A stretch of 63,953 bases of DNA, the filler included, from Octopus bimaculoides (lineage: Eukaryota): NCBI RefSeq assembly GCF_001194135.2. It is 5 parts of 5 records of this genome, joined end to end, with 100 filler letters (N's around TTAATTAATTAA, not from the genome) between each part and the next. Parts side by side here need not be neighbours in the genome. Positions count along the whole stretch, not along the records: positions 1 to 29,538 come from NC_068992.1; positions 29,639 to 38,208 come from NC_068993.1; 3 more parts are not named here. One strand, 5' to 3'. Each line of letters opens with the position of its first letter. The stretch's first letter is position 1. The position numbers were made by a program, and so were the translations under genes. Under the pieces are notes generated by a model. That model was not told where the DNA came from and did no database searches. It saw nothing but the letters and a program-made list of their open reading frames with translations. Positions 22,722 through 35,479 of this stretch are shown here, piece by piece.

Positions 22722-23471
22722 ATGGGTGTTGCACTCAAAACTGACCGGATAAAATAAAATCCAAACATTTAATACGTGGCCGATAGCATCACTTCGGTTT
22801 GGAGAGGGAATTATAAAATGGCAGAAGAGAGAAGTGATGAAAACGGATACCAAGACCAGAAAAGTGTTGACAGTACACGGAGCCTTCCACTCTATGAGTG
22901 GCACTGATAGATTGTACTTGTCCAGAAGAAAGAGTGGGAGAGGTCCGATCAGTTGTCAGGACTATATTGAAGCAGAGGAAAACAGCTTAGGGTAGTAAAC
23001 AAGAAATACCGTGGAACCATTGTTTAAACATACGAAGAAGGTCGGTGTCATCAAAACTGAAAACTGTGTAATGAAAGAAAAATTTAAAGACGAAATAAGC
23101 ACAAAAAGGGAAAAGGCATGAAAGGAAAAAATGTACGATCGGTTCGCAAGAGATGTGAACGCCAAGACAAATACAGAGGACTGGTGGCTATGGATGAGGA
23201 GGAGTGACTTGAAGATAGAGACAGAAGTACTCATATGCGCAGTTCAAGAACAAGCGTTAAGAACCAACTATGTGAAGTGCAAAATAGTCAACACTACCGA
23301 GAGCGACAAATGCAGATTGTGTAGTGAGAGGGGTGAATCGGTATTGCACATAGTTAGCGAATGCCCGAAATTGGCACAACGCGAATACAAAAGACGCCAT
23401 GACAGCGTAGCAAGAACGATCCATTGAGAAATCTGTGGAAATCACGGCCTACAAAGAGCAAAAACGTGGTA
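22722..23471 (+). mobile_element. R4/Dong-like RLE retrotransposon fragment (RT C-terminus + CCHC zinc knuckle)
   Basis: One frame from 22741: NKIQTFNTWPIASLRFGEGIIKW..DTKTRKVLTVHGAFH..DRLYLSRRKSGRGPIS..ETEVLICAVQEQALRTNY..CRLCSERGESVLHIVSECPKLAQREYKRRHDSVA. Five in-frame stops. Confidence 0.9.
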
Positions 23472-23662
23472 ATTCTAACTGGGCCCCACCTGCAAGGTCA
23501 TGCGCTATTTATTGGGATATGAAATCACCATGTCGCGTATATATGGTTGTGATGCATGTGCCCTGCTGTAGCCTTATCAGACAGGTAATCATGACGAGTA
23601 TACTGGGCTCCGTATACTTGTATCCCAGTGTCACTTTTATGGCATGCACTGCTCTCTCACTC

Positions 23663-23663
<1 letters not shown>
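23472..23663 (+). mobile_element. Retroposon 'X', 5'-truncated, fused to the Dong-like fragment
   Basis: Homologous to 4686-4871; followed by (AAT)n. Confidence 0.6.
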
Positions 23664-23698
<35 letters not shown>

Positions 23699-23831
23699 TT
23701 CTACTATGGGCATAAAGCCAGCAATTTTAGGGGATGGTGTAAGTGGATTACATTGATCTCAGTGTTCAACTGGTATTTATTTTATCAACCCGAAAAGACG
23801 AAAGGCAAAGTCACCCTCGGCGGGATTTGAA
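23664..23831 (-). mobile_element. SINE family A, partial, (ATT)n-tail subtype
   Basis: (AAT)n then 'ttctactatgggcataaagccagc..aaaggcaaagtcaccctcggcgggatttgaac'. Confidence 0.75.
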
Positions 23832-25444
23832 CATATAAATATGTACATATACATATATTTGCATATATATGCATATATATATATATATATATATANNNNN
23901 NNNNNNNNNNNNNNNNNNNNNNNNNNNNNNNNNNNNNNNNNNNNNNNNNNNNNNNNNNNNNNNNNNNNNNNNNNNNNNNNNNNNNNNNNNNNNNNNNNNN
24001 NNNNNNNNNNNNNNNNNNNNNNNNNNNNNNNNNNNNNNNNNNNNNNNNNNNNNNNNNNNNNNNNNNNNNNNNNNNNNNNNNNNNNNNNNNNNNNNNNNNN
24101 NNNNNNNNNNNNNNNNNNNNNNNNNNNNNNNNNNNNNNNNNNNNNNNNNNNNNNNNNNNNNNNNNNNNNNNNNNNNNNNNNNNNNNNNNNNNNNNNNNNN
24201 NNNNNNNNNNNNNNNNNNNNNNNNNNNNNNNNNNNNNNNNNNNNNNNNNNNNNNNNNNNNNNNNNNNNNNNNNNNNNNNNNNNNNNNNNNNNNNNNNNNN
24301 NNNNNNNNNNNNNNNNNNNNNNNNNNNNNNNNNNNNNNNNNNNNNNNNNNNNNNNNNNNNNNNNNNNNNNNNNNNNNNNNNNNNNNNNNNNNNNNNNNNN
24401 NNNNNNNNNNNNNNNNNNNNNNNNNNNNNNNNNNNNNNNNNNNNNTATATATATATATATTTCCAGAAACCTTTGGCGTTTTTTATCGTAGCTCAAAACG
24501 TTACTTCCAAGTCTTGTTTGGTCCCTGTTTTCCTTATACTTACTTTACTATAGAGTCTTGTGTTCTCAGTATCCTTTAGAAATATTTATGCTTAAATTCA
24601 CTTCATTCGAAAGGCTGCAGCTGCCATCTTTTCTGTAACATATTTCTGTATAACAAATAATTTAATCTAACAAAGTCGGGTCATAAATATTCATTTATTG
24701 TGTAAAACTAAAGAAATTACAATGAATGGCCTTGTGAGCGTTCATTGGATATGAATGAAAGATGTCGATTGGGGCGTTGTTTGCATATCTTATTCCACCA
24801 CTGGGCAACTTTGTCTTCTACATCACACACATTCGCACAATGCACACAAACACATACGCACACACATGCACTACATGCACACACATAAGTGCACATACAA
24901 TCACACAGGGCCGTATGTGTGTGTGTGTGAAAAAAAAATCACCCTTAATATTTATTCTAAGAAAGATATAGTTCTATAACGTTGATGTTTTAGCTTATAT
25001 GGATGAGAGACAAATCCCTCGTTGTGTCTTATCCATTCTCCAGTTTATCGGATTTTGGTAACAGATTAAGATTAGTGCTGCTACAAATCCTTTGAGAGTT
25101 CGTAGTTTTAGCCCTATAGTTTCAAATGTATGCTACAATTCTCTCCAATGACCTGGTACCAATAATTCCTGTAGTAATGTAAACCACATCTATCTTCGTT
25201 TATCACGGATGTTTGGTTCCACAAAAACACCTTGTTAAAATGAATCAGAGGTAACTGAATAAAATAAACAATAACTGAATAATCGGTTTCGTTACGAGAC
25301 GCCATGTCCTCCCCGCTAACTAAAATAATACCTCCACACAGATAATGATATTGTTTCATGTATGGAGTTAAATTTAATAATATATGATCAGTAAATGATT
25401 AAGAAGTAACTGAAAAATAATATAAAAAGCAGAATCTTTGTCTT

Positions 25445-25803
25445 ATCACAGGCCCGTGTTATCAGAGAACAATTCATGATAAGCATAACATGGTTCACAA
25501 TTGAGCGTACCGTGTTATCTCAGATCAACGTTAAATGAATCATTGATAAACAAGAACAGATGTATAATATAAATGGATATTTCTACACATACAATGAAGA
25601 GGACACTGAAACGAATAAGTAATAAAATCTACTCCTTTGACAGCTCATCAGACTACCGCAGTTAACATTTCTGTTTGAGCTGGTATATCTATTTCCATTT
25701 ATTATGGATTCATTCATCAATAATTCGGGCATAACAAGGTACGTTAATTGCGAGCCGTGTTACGCTTATCACGAATTGAATTGTGATAACACGGGTCAGT
25801 GAT
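25445..25803. mobile_element. Fold-back MITE with internally repeated CGTGTTATC motif
   Basis: 25445-25520 and 25728-25803 are diverged inverted copies. Confidence 0.7.
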
Positions 25804-26084
25804 CAGAAAAAGGTTCTGTTTGAACCGAAAAAGCGCACCCCAGCGACGATCAGCAATGCCCAGGGCACAAAACCTATTTTTCCCATAATTTCTTTTATCC
25901 ATTTATCGTTGACTCATTTAACAATGTTCTATTATAATGTGGGGGAGAAGAGAAACCCGTGACAAATGAGGGTAGATGTATTTTACCCCTGGCAGCTAAA
26001 TTAACTGAGACGTCAACGAAACGCCTACAGTCGATTTGAACTCAATCATTATTACTGGAAATATCGCGGTCTATAAGACTAGAC

Positions 26085-26290
26085 TACGATATTTCTAGCA
26101 ATAATGGCTTCAGGTTTCAGCACAAGGCCAGCAATTTTAAGGGGATTGGTGTAAGTAGATTACATAGATCCACTGCTCAACTGGTACGTATTTTATCAAC
26201 CCCAAAAGGAGGAACAACAAAGTCGACCTCTACAGAATGTAATCTTAGAATATAAAATGGCGGAAGGAATGCTGCTTAACCTTTCGTATA
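26085..26290 (-). mobile_element. SINE family A, degenerate
   Basis: 'cacaaggccagcaatttt..tcaactggtacgtattttatcaacccc..aagtcgacctc'. Confidence 0.65.
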
Positions 26291-26877
26291 TCTCTAACAA
26301 CAATGACAGATAATTCCCATACATTCTTCCTTTAATTCCAAAACCTTAAGGAGTTTTCCATTCCTTTAACTATATTTTATCCATTTTATTTTTCTGACGA
26401 AATACGAAAAAGACAAAACAGACACCAACTGCAAGCAAGTGTTGTGAACCACTTCAACTCGAATGAATCATCGTTATCATCATATCTAAAAATACACTGA
26501 CACTTATTTGTGAATAGAAAACTATTGCAAACAAACAAACAAGAATAGACAAAACGACAAAAGAGCGATGAAACAATTTATTCACAATATTTCCATAAGA
26601 ATTAAGGATATGTTTGCGTGAGAAGAGAAGCTAACGTGAAGTTTACGCTCACTTGTTTATTTACATATCAATGAAATTAAAATGACAGTCACATTTGTAA
26701 GGCAATCTTAGGGAAAACATTACTGTTCTAATGTATGCGGGTAATCGTGGGTGTATGCATGTGTGTTGTATTGTGTGCACATTATTGAAAACTTCTATAA
26801 ACAGCCATAAAGAAAGAGAATAGCAATAAACACATGCATATACACAAACACACACACACACACACATACACATATAC

Positions 26878-26934
<57 letters not shown>

Positions 26935-27173
26935 NNNNNNNNNNNNNNNNNNNNNNNNNNNNNNNNNNNNNNNNNNNNNNNNNNNNNNNNNNNNNNNNNN
27001 NNNNNNNNNNNNNNNNNNNNNNNNNNNNNNNNNNNNNNNNNNNNNNNNNNNNNNNNNNNNNNNNNNNNNNNNNNNNNNNNNNNNNNNNNNNNNNNNNNNN
27101 NNNNNNNNNNNNNNNNNNNNNNNNNNNNNNNNNNNNNNNNNNNNNNNNNNNNNNNNNNNNNNNNNNNNNNNNN

Positions 27174-27219
<46 letters not shown>

Positions 27220-27220
<1 letters not shown>

Positions 27221-27437
27221 TAGGTTCAAATTTTGGTACAAGGTCAGCATGTTCGAGCGGCTGGGGGTTAGTCAATTACAACGATCCCAGTACTTCACTG
27301 ATTCTTATTTTATCGACCTCGGCAAGATGAAAGCAAAGTTGATATCAGCAGAATTTGAACCCATAACGTCATGAGGGACGAAATGCCGCTAAGCATTTTG
27401 CCCGATGGCTTAACGATTCTGCCAGTTTCGCCGCCTT
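27220..27437 (-). mobile_element. SINE family A
   Basis: Reverse copy ending 'gattctgccagtttcgccgcc'. Confidence 0.75.
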
Positions 27438-27562
27438 AACTGGTCTTTACATACTGTATAACTATTCTTCTTCGTCGGTACTGCTGTTATTTTAATGCCC
27501 CATATCCTATTTATTATAATTTCGATATCCTTGCATTCGGATATTTTCTCCACATCCTTTAG

Positions 27563-27630
27563 GGCAGAGGTCCTCAGCCATCAGATCGCAGCCCCGGTAC
27601 GGGTCGTAGATCTTTTGGTATTAGGCTACT
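27563..27630 (+). mobile_element. hAT/Charlie-like terminal fragment
   Basis: cagaggtcctcagcc..ccccggtacgggtcgt resembles Charlie-type 5' termini (CAGGGGTCCCCAACC..CCGGTACCGGTCCGT). Confidence 0.35.
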
Positions 27631-27864
27631 CAACAAGAATAAAATTTTAAATCATATTTCTATTTTATTGGCCATCGCAACCTGCAGTGTATTTCTGCAT
27701 GTCTTGCAAACAACTTGCACATGCAAGTGCTACCAGTCGAAAGCTCCGCATACTGGAAGCCAGCAAACGTATGGGGTCATCAGGAGAAGATGCGCGCCGT
27801 TTCGGGGCCTACCTCTCGACGGCATCAATGCGCACCGGCCCCCTCACTGATATGAGGCCCCTTC

Positions 27865-28094
27865 TATCTTTTACATGTTTCAGTCAGTAGACTGTGGCTA
27901 TGCTGGGGCACCGCCATGGAGAAATTTTCAGTCGAAGGAATCGACACCAGCACTTTTTTAAAGCCTGGTATTTATTATATCGCTATCTTTACCGAACCGC
28001 TAAATTAGGAGGACGTAAACATTCTAGCACCGGTTGCCAAGCGATGGTGGCGGAACAAACACACACACACACACAGTTTTCACTTACTAAATTC
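27865..28094 (-). mobile_element. SINE family B, 3' half
   Basis: Reverse complement of 'cgcttggcaaccggtgc..cagcatagccacagtc..ctgaaacatgtaaaag'. Confidence 0.7.
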
Positions 28095-28828
28095 NNNNNN
28101 NNNNNNNNNNNNNNNNNNNNNNNNNNNNNNNNNNNNNNNNNNNNNNNNNNNNNNNNNNNNNNNNNNNNNNNNNNNNNNNNNNNNNNNNNNNNNNNNNNNN
28201 NNNNNNNNNNNNNNNNNNNNNNNNNNNNNNNNNNNNNNNNNNNNNNNNNNNNNNNNNNNNNNNNNNNNNNNNNNNNNNNNNNNNNNNNNNNNNNNNNNNN
28301 NNNNNNNNNNNNNNNNNNNNNNNNNNNNNNNNNNNNNNNNNNNNNNNNNNNNNNNNNNNNNNNNNNNNNNNNNNNNNNNNNNNNNNNNNNNNNNNNNNNN
28401 NNNNNNNNNNNNNNNNNNNNNNNNNNNNNNNNNNNNNNNNNNNNNNNNNNNNNNNNNNNNNNNNNNNNNNNNNNNNNNNNNNNNNNNNNNNNNNNNNNNN
28501 NNNNNNNNNNNNNNNNNNNNNNNNNNNNNNNNNNNNNNNNNNNNNNNNNNNNNNNNNNNNNNNNNNNNNNNNNNNNNNNNNNNNNNNNNNNNNNNNNNNN
28601 NNNNNNNNNNNNNNNNNNNNNNNNNNNNNNNNNNNNNNNNNNNNNNNNNNNNNNNNNNNNNNNNNNNNNNNNNNNNNNNNNNNNNNNNNNNNNNNNNNNN
28701 NNNNNNNNNNNNNNNNNNNNNNNNNNNNNNNNNNNNCACACACACACACACGTATTCACACCTATATGCATATGTGCACACATATACACGTATGTGCGTA
28801 TCCGTATGCATGTACATACATTCATGTG

Positions 28829-28864
<36 letters not shown>

Positions 28865-29405
28865 CGTACATATATATGTGTGTATATATGTGTGTGTTCA
28901 TGTGTGCGTGTGTGTGAGTGTGTCTTTGTCTGTATCTTTCGTTTCTTTTCGCATTTTCCTGTGCACATTTTTATGCATTTATCACATGTATATTTCATCG
29001 TATGGTATAATGTTTTTTCTTCATTTTTTATGCTATTAATTCATTACATTATTGTAATTTTTTTAATGTTCTATTTTTCCAATATTTTATTTTATTTTAT
29101 TTTATTTTTCCAAATGAGATTAGTTTTGAATATTTAGCAAAATTATCGATTCTCAGCTCAAACTTATACACAAAAATATCGTTGAAAATGATAACAGAGC
29201 AGAAGGGGGCGGAGAAAATAGATGAAGAGGAAGAAGAAAATAAAAACGCGAAATCTTGATGGAATCCTGCAGAGATTGGCATGTGGACCGAAGTTAAAAT
29301 AGCTTATCAGCAAAACTTTTGGTGGAACTTTATAAAATGCCTACACCTGTTACATTGGGTTACGATGGTAATTTAAGATAGGAGAACGAAGGAAAACAGT
29401 GTGTA

Positions 29406-29475
<70 letters not shown>

Positions 29476-29638
29476 TGTGTGTGTGTACTCATACAGATAT
29501 CTGTACAGGCACACCACACACACACAAACTATATATATNNNNNNNNNNNNNNNNNNNNNNNNNNNNNNNNNNNNNNNNNNNNTTAATTAATTAANNNNNN
29601 NNNNNNNNNNNNNNNNNNNNNNNNNNNNNNNNNNNNNN

Positions 29639-29684
<46 letters not shown>

Positions 29685-31504
29685 ACTCACACACACTTAC
29701 ACGAATACATATGGATAGTAAGAGTAAGAAACTGAAAAACTGAGAACACTTAAAGAGTAAAACATGAGATCAATGACAGACAGACATTTATAGGGTCGTG
29801 GGGAAAAAAAAATGAAATTAAAAAATTATAAGACCAAAATCTGAAAAAATTCACGCAAGAAAAAGTGTTACAAACACCAACAATAGACGTAAAACTAAAA
29901 CAAAAACAATTTTTAAAAAATAATGCAAAACCGAAAACCGAAAGCAGAAGAAAAAACGTGACAAAATGTCTATGAAAATAATGGAAGAAAATGTCAGATC
30001 TATTTCTGTGCTGGGAATATATTTATAATACGAAATAATATCATAATTATATAATTTTGACAGATTTTAAATAAGTATCATAAGTATTATACACACATAT
30101 GCATAAATATAGGCAGATGATTTAAATATAGACAAAAACTACACAAGCACTACTACTATTCGCTCAAACAAGTATATACACACACACACACACACACACA
30201 GACATGCACACACGTACACGCTTATATATGTATGTGTGTATTTATTTATATATATATGTATGAATATATATTTTGTGTGAGTAAATTAAAGGTTAGGTTA
30301 TTTTTTAAAGAACATAATATTTCTAATTTAAGATCGAAAAATAACTGTTGTTCAAAGAACGACATTCAAACAACGTAACTGCTATTGTGGGGAGAGCTGG
30401 TGACTACGTACTATCTCAATGCAGTTTGTCTTTAGTTCTCCTTCAGATTATATGTAAATGTAAAGAAAGGCAAAATAGAGACACGTGGATGGAGAGCTAC
30501 TGGAGACACTGGCACAGGATGTGTGACGAAAGATTTCAGACACAGGGCACTAAAATAAAAATTAAAAAACAATAATGTTGAAGTGAAGAACAAGCATATA
30601 GCGCATGTGATTAATTGGCATATATATATATATATATATATATANNNNNNNNNNNNNNNNNNNNNNNNNNNNNNNNNNNNNNNNNNNNNNNNNNNNNNNN
30701 NNNNNNNNNNNNNNNNNNNNNNNNNNNNNNNNNNNNNNNNNNNNNNNNNNNNNNNNNNNNNNNNNNNNNNNNNNNNNNNNNNNNNNNNNNNNNNNNNNNN
30801 NNNNNNNNNNNNNNNNNNNNNNNNNNNNNNNNNNNNNNNNNNNNNNNNNNNNNNNNNNNNNNNNNNNNNNNNNNNNNNNNNNNNNNNNNNNNNNNNNNNN
30901 NNNNNNNNNNNNNNNNNNNNNNNNNNNNNNNNNNNNNNNNNNNNNNNNNNNNNNNNNNNNNNNNNNNNNNNNNNNNNNNNNNNNNNNNNNNNNNNNNNNN
31001 NNNNNNNNNNNNNNNNNNNNNNNNNNNNNNNNNNNNNNNNNNNNNNNNNNNNNNNNNNNNNNNNNNNNNNNNNNNNNNNNNNNNNNNNNNNNNNNNNNNN
31101 NNNNNNNNNNNNNNNNNNNNNNNNNNNNNNNNNNNNNNNNNNNNNNNNNNNNNNNNNNNNNNNNNNNNNNNNNNNNNNNNNNNNNNNNNNNNNNNNNNNN
31201 NNNNNNNNNNNNNNNNNNNNNNNNNNNNNNNNNNNNNNNNNNNNNNNNNNNNNNNNNNNNNNNNNNNNNNNNNNNNNNNNNNNNNNNTATATATTACCAT
31301 GCCCAAATATAACAATAATTGTTTTAACACACGATTTCACATCAGGAATCTTGCAAAACGAAAAGGTATGAATTTTAATCAAACATGAAGGGGACGGATT
31401 AAATCTGCCAACCAAAGTAAGTTACGGCAAAAATGATCTCGAAACGCAAAGAGCCGGAATAAATGATACTCCTGTGATTTCGTCAGTTTACTGGCCTTGA
31501 TTTA

Positions 31505-31587
31505 CCTGGCGCTCCGTCAGTTAAGACGACAAGGGTTCCAGTTGATCCGATCAACGGAACAGCCTGCTCGTGAAATTAAAGTGCAAT
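31505..31587 (-). mobile_element. SINE family C, 3' fragment
   Basis: ccagttgatccgatcaacggaacagcctgctcgtgaaatta also present at 15075-15114. Confidence 0.8.
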
Positions 31588-32049
31588 ATATCTTGTTTCG
31601 TTAGACACCAGTAAAAGAACGGATCACTTCTGCACAGAATGAAATAACTGACGAGTTGCTACCGAGACCAATAATATATTGAGGAGGCTAAAAGTTTAGT
31701 TCAACTAACTACAAAAGGAAACGCACACACAGCAGAAGTAATTGTTAGCACAGTCACTTAGGAAGTGAGAGATACGTATGCTTGTTGAATTAATTTTTCG
31801 ATCTAAATTCGATATTTAGAAAATTCTTCTTTTCGCTTTATGCCCACCTGAATATACAGCACTGAATAAACGCACGTATCATTAGTTTGAAACGGATTAT
31901 CCCTTCTTTGTCATTGTGTTTGTATTTAAAACCCGGATTGCCTGTGCGACTCAGACTGAACAAAACTTCACAATGTCTTTGAAAAACTAGACGTAAGTTT
32001 TATGTTGGACTTAAAGCCATAGTTTTTAGCATAGCAGTCACAGAAATGC

Positions 32050-33221
32050 AGGAAGTCAATTAAACTATCCTGTGATCCTTTCCAGACAAAAAAGATGTTA
32101 TCAACGTTGTCCTTATTCTTAGTGCAAGTTTTGAAGAGTGAAGTTCGATTTTAACAGTTATGTTTCCAAAGCTATAATGCATATTCGGCATATTTTGTTT
32201 TATGAGTTCAATAAAGTCAACAAAGCAATGGAAAGTGCGAGGGATATTAATGCAGTATATGGGGATCGGACAATAAGTGTAAGCCAGTGTGAAGGTGGTT
32301 CCAGAAATTCTGAGCCGGAAACTACAGCCTAGAAGATGAGCATCGTCCTAGAAGATCTGTAGAGCTCGATGAGGAAGTCCTGCAAACCATGGTGGAACAA
32401 AATTCCATTGTAACTGTTGAGTTGAGGAACTAGCAGAGAAGCTTGGATTTGGTCATCGTAAAAGTCAGCAAATTGGGTCAATGGGTTCCTCACAAAATTC
32501 CCGAGTCTAATCGCGCGTGTGCTCTTCTTTGCTGCCACGTCTCACGAATGAACCTTTTTTGGACCGAATAGTGACTGGTGACAAGAAATGGATTCTGTAT
32601 ACAAATGTCAAGCACTGAAGACAGTGGGTAGAGAAAGGAGAAACACTGGCACCCCAGGCTAAAGATCTTCACCCGCGTAAGATGTTACCTGTTTGGAGGG
32701 ATATGAAAGGTTTAGACCACTTTGAACTTTGAAACCCAAACCAAACAATAACAAAGGAGATCTACTGTTAGCAGCTTGAGCGGCTTAATTCAGTGCTGGA
32801 AGAAAAACAACCACCTTTGGTTTCAAGAGGAAAGGAGCTCTTCCATCAGGATAGTGCTCAGCTACATACAGCGAAGATGACATTCCAAAGGCTGGAGCAG
32901 TTTCAAAGGGAAACGATGTTCCAACTATCATATCCGCCGGACATTGCCACCATCTGATTATCATTTGTTCGGCAGTTTTCAAAATTATTTGGACGGAAAA
33001 AATATGAATTCTGTAGACGAGGTCAGAACATTACTGGAGGAGTATTTTTTGTCACGGACAAATGAATTTTGGAAGAGGGGCCTTGCAAGTCTACCAGATG
33101 GATGGAAGAGTATTGTAGAAGATGAATGAGAGTATATTTTAGATTAAAAAAGAACTTTATCTTAATTTTGAAAAATAAAAGAAGTATGAAAAAACCGCAT
33201 TATTTATGGGATGACCCAATA
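32050..33221 (+). mobile_element. Decayed mariner (Tc1/mariner) transposon, nearly full transposase remnant
   Basis: HIRHILFYEF, WVPH, VTGDKKWILY, FHQDSA, YPPDIA/PSDYHLF catalytic motifs, FWKRGLASLPDGW; 3' TIR aaccgcattatttatgggatgaccca+TA at 33193-33221; 5' TIR not found; many frameshifts. Confidence 0.92.
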
Positions 33222-33274
33222 TTTTAAGACTTTCGTGGGCTTTTTCATTCGTCCTTATCTATCTATCTATTTGC

Positions 33275-33308
<34 letters not shown>

Positions 33309-33395
33309 TTCTGAAGCTCTGCCTCTCTTTCACTCTCTTTCCTCCTCTCTCTCTCTATATATATACATGCATACACACATGCATACATACATACA

Positions 33396-33431
<36 letters not shown>

Positions 33432-33489
33432 TATTTATATATATACATGTTTTTACATACATACATATATATTATATATATATGTGTGA

Positions 33490-33530
<41 letters not shown>

Positions 33531-33884
33531 TGTTAATGTGTGTATAAATCTGAACTCTTCATATTTGTAGTAACCAATTACACTCATTAAAGCCTGAATT
33601 ATTGAGAGTTAAATAAACGCAATCACTTGCAATCCGGTACATTGTAAGTGAGAAGATAGCTAACTTCTCTTAGGCAGTTACGTAGGCGGCTAATCGATCC
33701 AGTCAACTCTACATCTTTCGTATCAGAATCGCATGTTACTTCGTACTAATTTCTGGACATGAAAATGTTTGGTCAAAACTAATTTCATATTCAAATATAA
33801 CCGAACTCTTTGAATTTAATAGTTGAGCTCCTTCTAGATACTGTTTTTTGTAATATCTCTTTTTTTTACATTCATTTATTGTTT

Positions 33885-34225
33885 TAGTCACTGGCTACCT
33901 TGAAATGTTTGGTCAAACAAACCCCGCTTTCACCTGAACTTCGTTTTTTAAAGATATGGTAGTGGTTCTAGTGGTCTCGTTTGCAGAACTGATATGTTAT
34001 GAGGACGTAAACAAACAAACAAACACCGGTTGGTAAGCGGTGGGGCAGGGGCAACACAAAGATAAACACACACACACATTTATACAGCGAACTTCCATCC
34101 AGTTTCTGTCTATCAAATTCAGTCATAAAGCATTGGTTGACCTGGGGCTATAGTAGCTGACACTTGCCCAAGAGACCGTGCAGCAGAACTGAACCCGAAA
34201 CTATGTGGCTGCAAAGTTAGCTACT
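33885..34225 (-). mobile_element. SINE family B, degenerate
   Basis: 'ctatagtagctgacacttgcccaag..gaactgaacccgaaactatgtgg'. Confidence 0.7.
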
Positions 34226-34945
34226 TTACCATACGGCCATTCCTCTAATAAACAACAACAACAACAAAATGTAAGTAATAACTAATACTGATTATTGAAA
34301 AATGCCATTTGGTAACCACTGCATTAAACATTTGAACGACGATTTACCTATTGTTTTTCATGCAGAAGGCGGCTCTCAGTAATTGATTCTAGTAATTTAT
34401 ATTTTTTAAAAATATGCTAACTTATCAAGCCCTCATATATATAATACAATACATTGGTTTATTGATTTCTATCATCGCTATTTCAGCAATTACCGGCAAG
34501 TCTGTATTTCGCCGATGTAATCAAATAAGAGAGAAATATGCCGGAAGTTGTCTCTCAGTTATTGCGAAATGATTCAAATAATATTTATCATTGAACTAAT
34601 GGTCGTTTCCTCGCCACATAACTAATTCTAATTAGATTTATGAAGCATGCTACATTAAAAGTGTTAAAAATGTTAACAATTCTTCAATATATACTAATGC
34701 TATTCTCATACTGTTCATACGATATTCTGTTACATTCCAGTAGCCAGATAAGCATTTATTTAATCAATTAAATGCTTTAAGTAACTTTCCATAATTCTAC
34801 TGGGCGCAGCGATACAACTGAAGACATGACCTGAATGTAATAATTCACTGAAGTGATTTCCAGTTACTATCGAAGTTCATGACACAGAACACTCGCTAAA
34901 TATATAGTGATCCTGTTGCTTTCAGTGATGTAACAGAACTCAGTA

Positions 34946-35479
34946 TTACACCCGAATGGGCAGCAACATTGAAAACAATGACCTTTTGTCGAGAATATAG
35001 TGAACACTATGGATAGTAAACAAATCACTGTCTACTTTCAGAGACTTATGTCTAATGCAAACAGCTGACAATATATAACGTATTACTTTTTTAAAGACTT
35101 TTTTCCCAGCAACAAACATTTCTATCTCCAATTGCCATAATCCATTCTCCGTACCCAAATCCATATCAAATTGTTAAGTTGATACCCAATTACTTATCTG
35201 ACATAAAATTAATAACCTCTTATCCTGGTAATAATTTGATATTCAATTGTCTACTTCATATCCATTGAATATTTAACTAGATTCATCATCGTTAGCATGA
35301 TATATTGTAATTTCAATAAATGCTTCCTTCTCTAAATTACTGCCTATCAATATATTTAAATTTACATTAACGATTTCCTCCTTAACACTAATCTTTCGAC
35401 TCGTTGTCGTGCTGATATTTTCATTCCACAGCTGTCTGCTCACAGAACCCAAACATCTGTTGTACTCCTTAAAACTAAT
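34946..35479 (-). pseudogene. Decayed coding-like frame of unknown identity
   Basis: 178-codon single frame with only 3 internal stops in very AT-rich DNA (ISFKEYNRCLGSVSRQLWNE..DLGTENGLWQLEIEMF..LPIRV*). Confidence 0.25.

Noticed and set aside
31600-31700. Minus-strand frame PPQYIIGLGSN.. resembling the HPPK motif YIGLGSN
   Set aside because: Only 7 residues match, the frame closes after 28 codons, and no other HPPK motifs follow.
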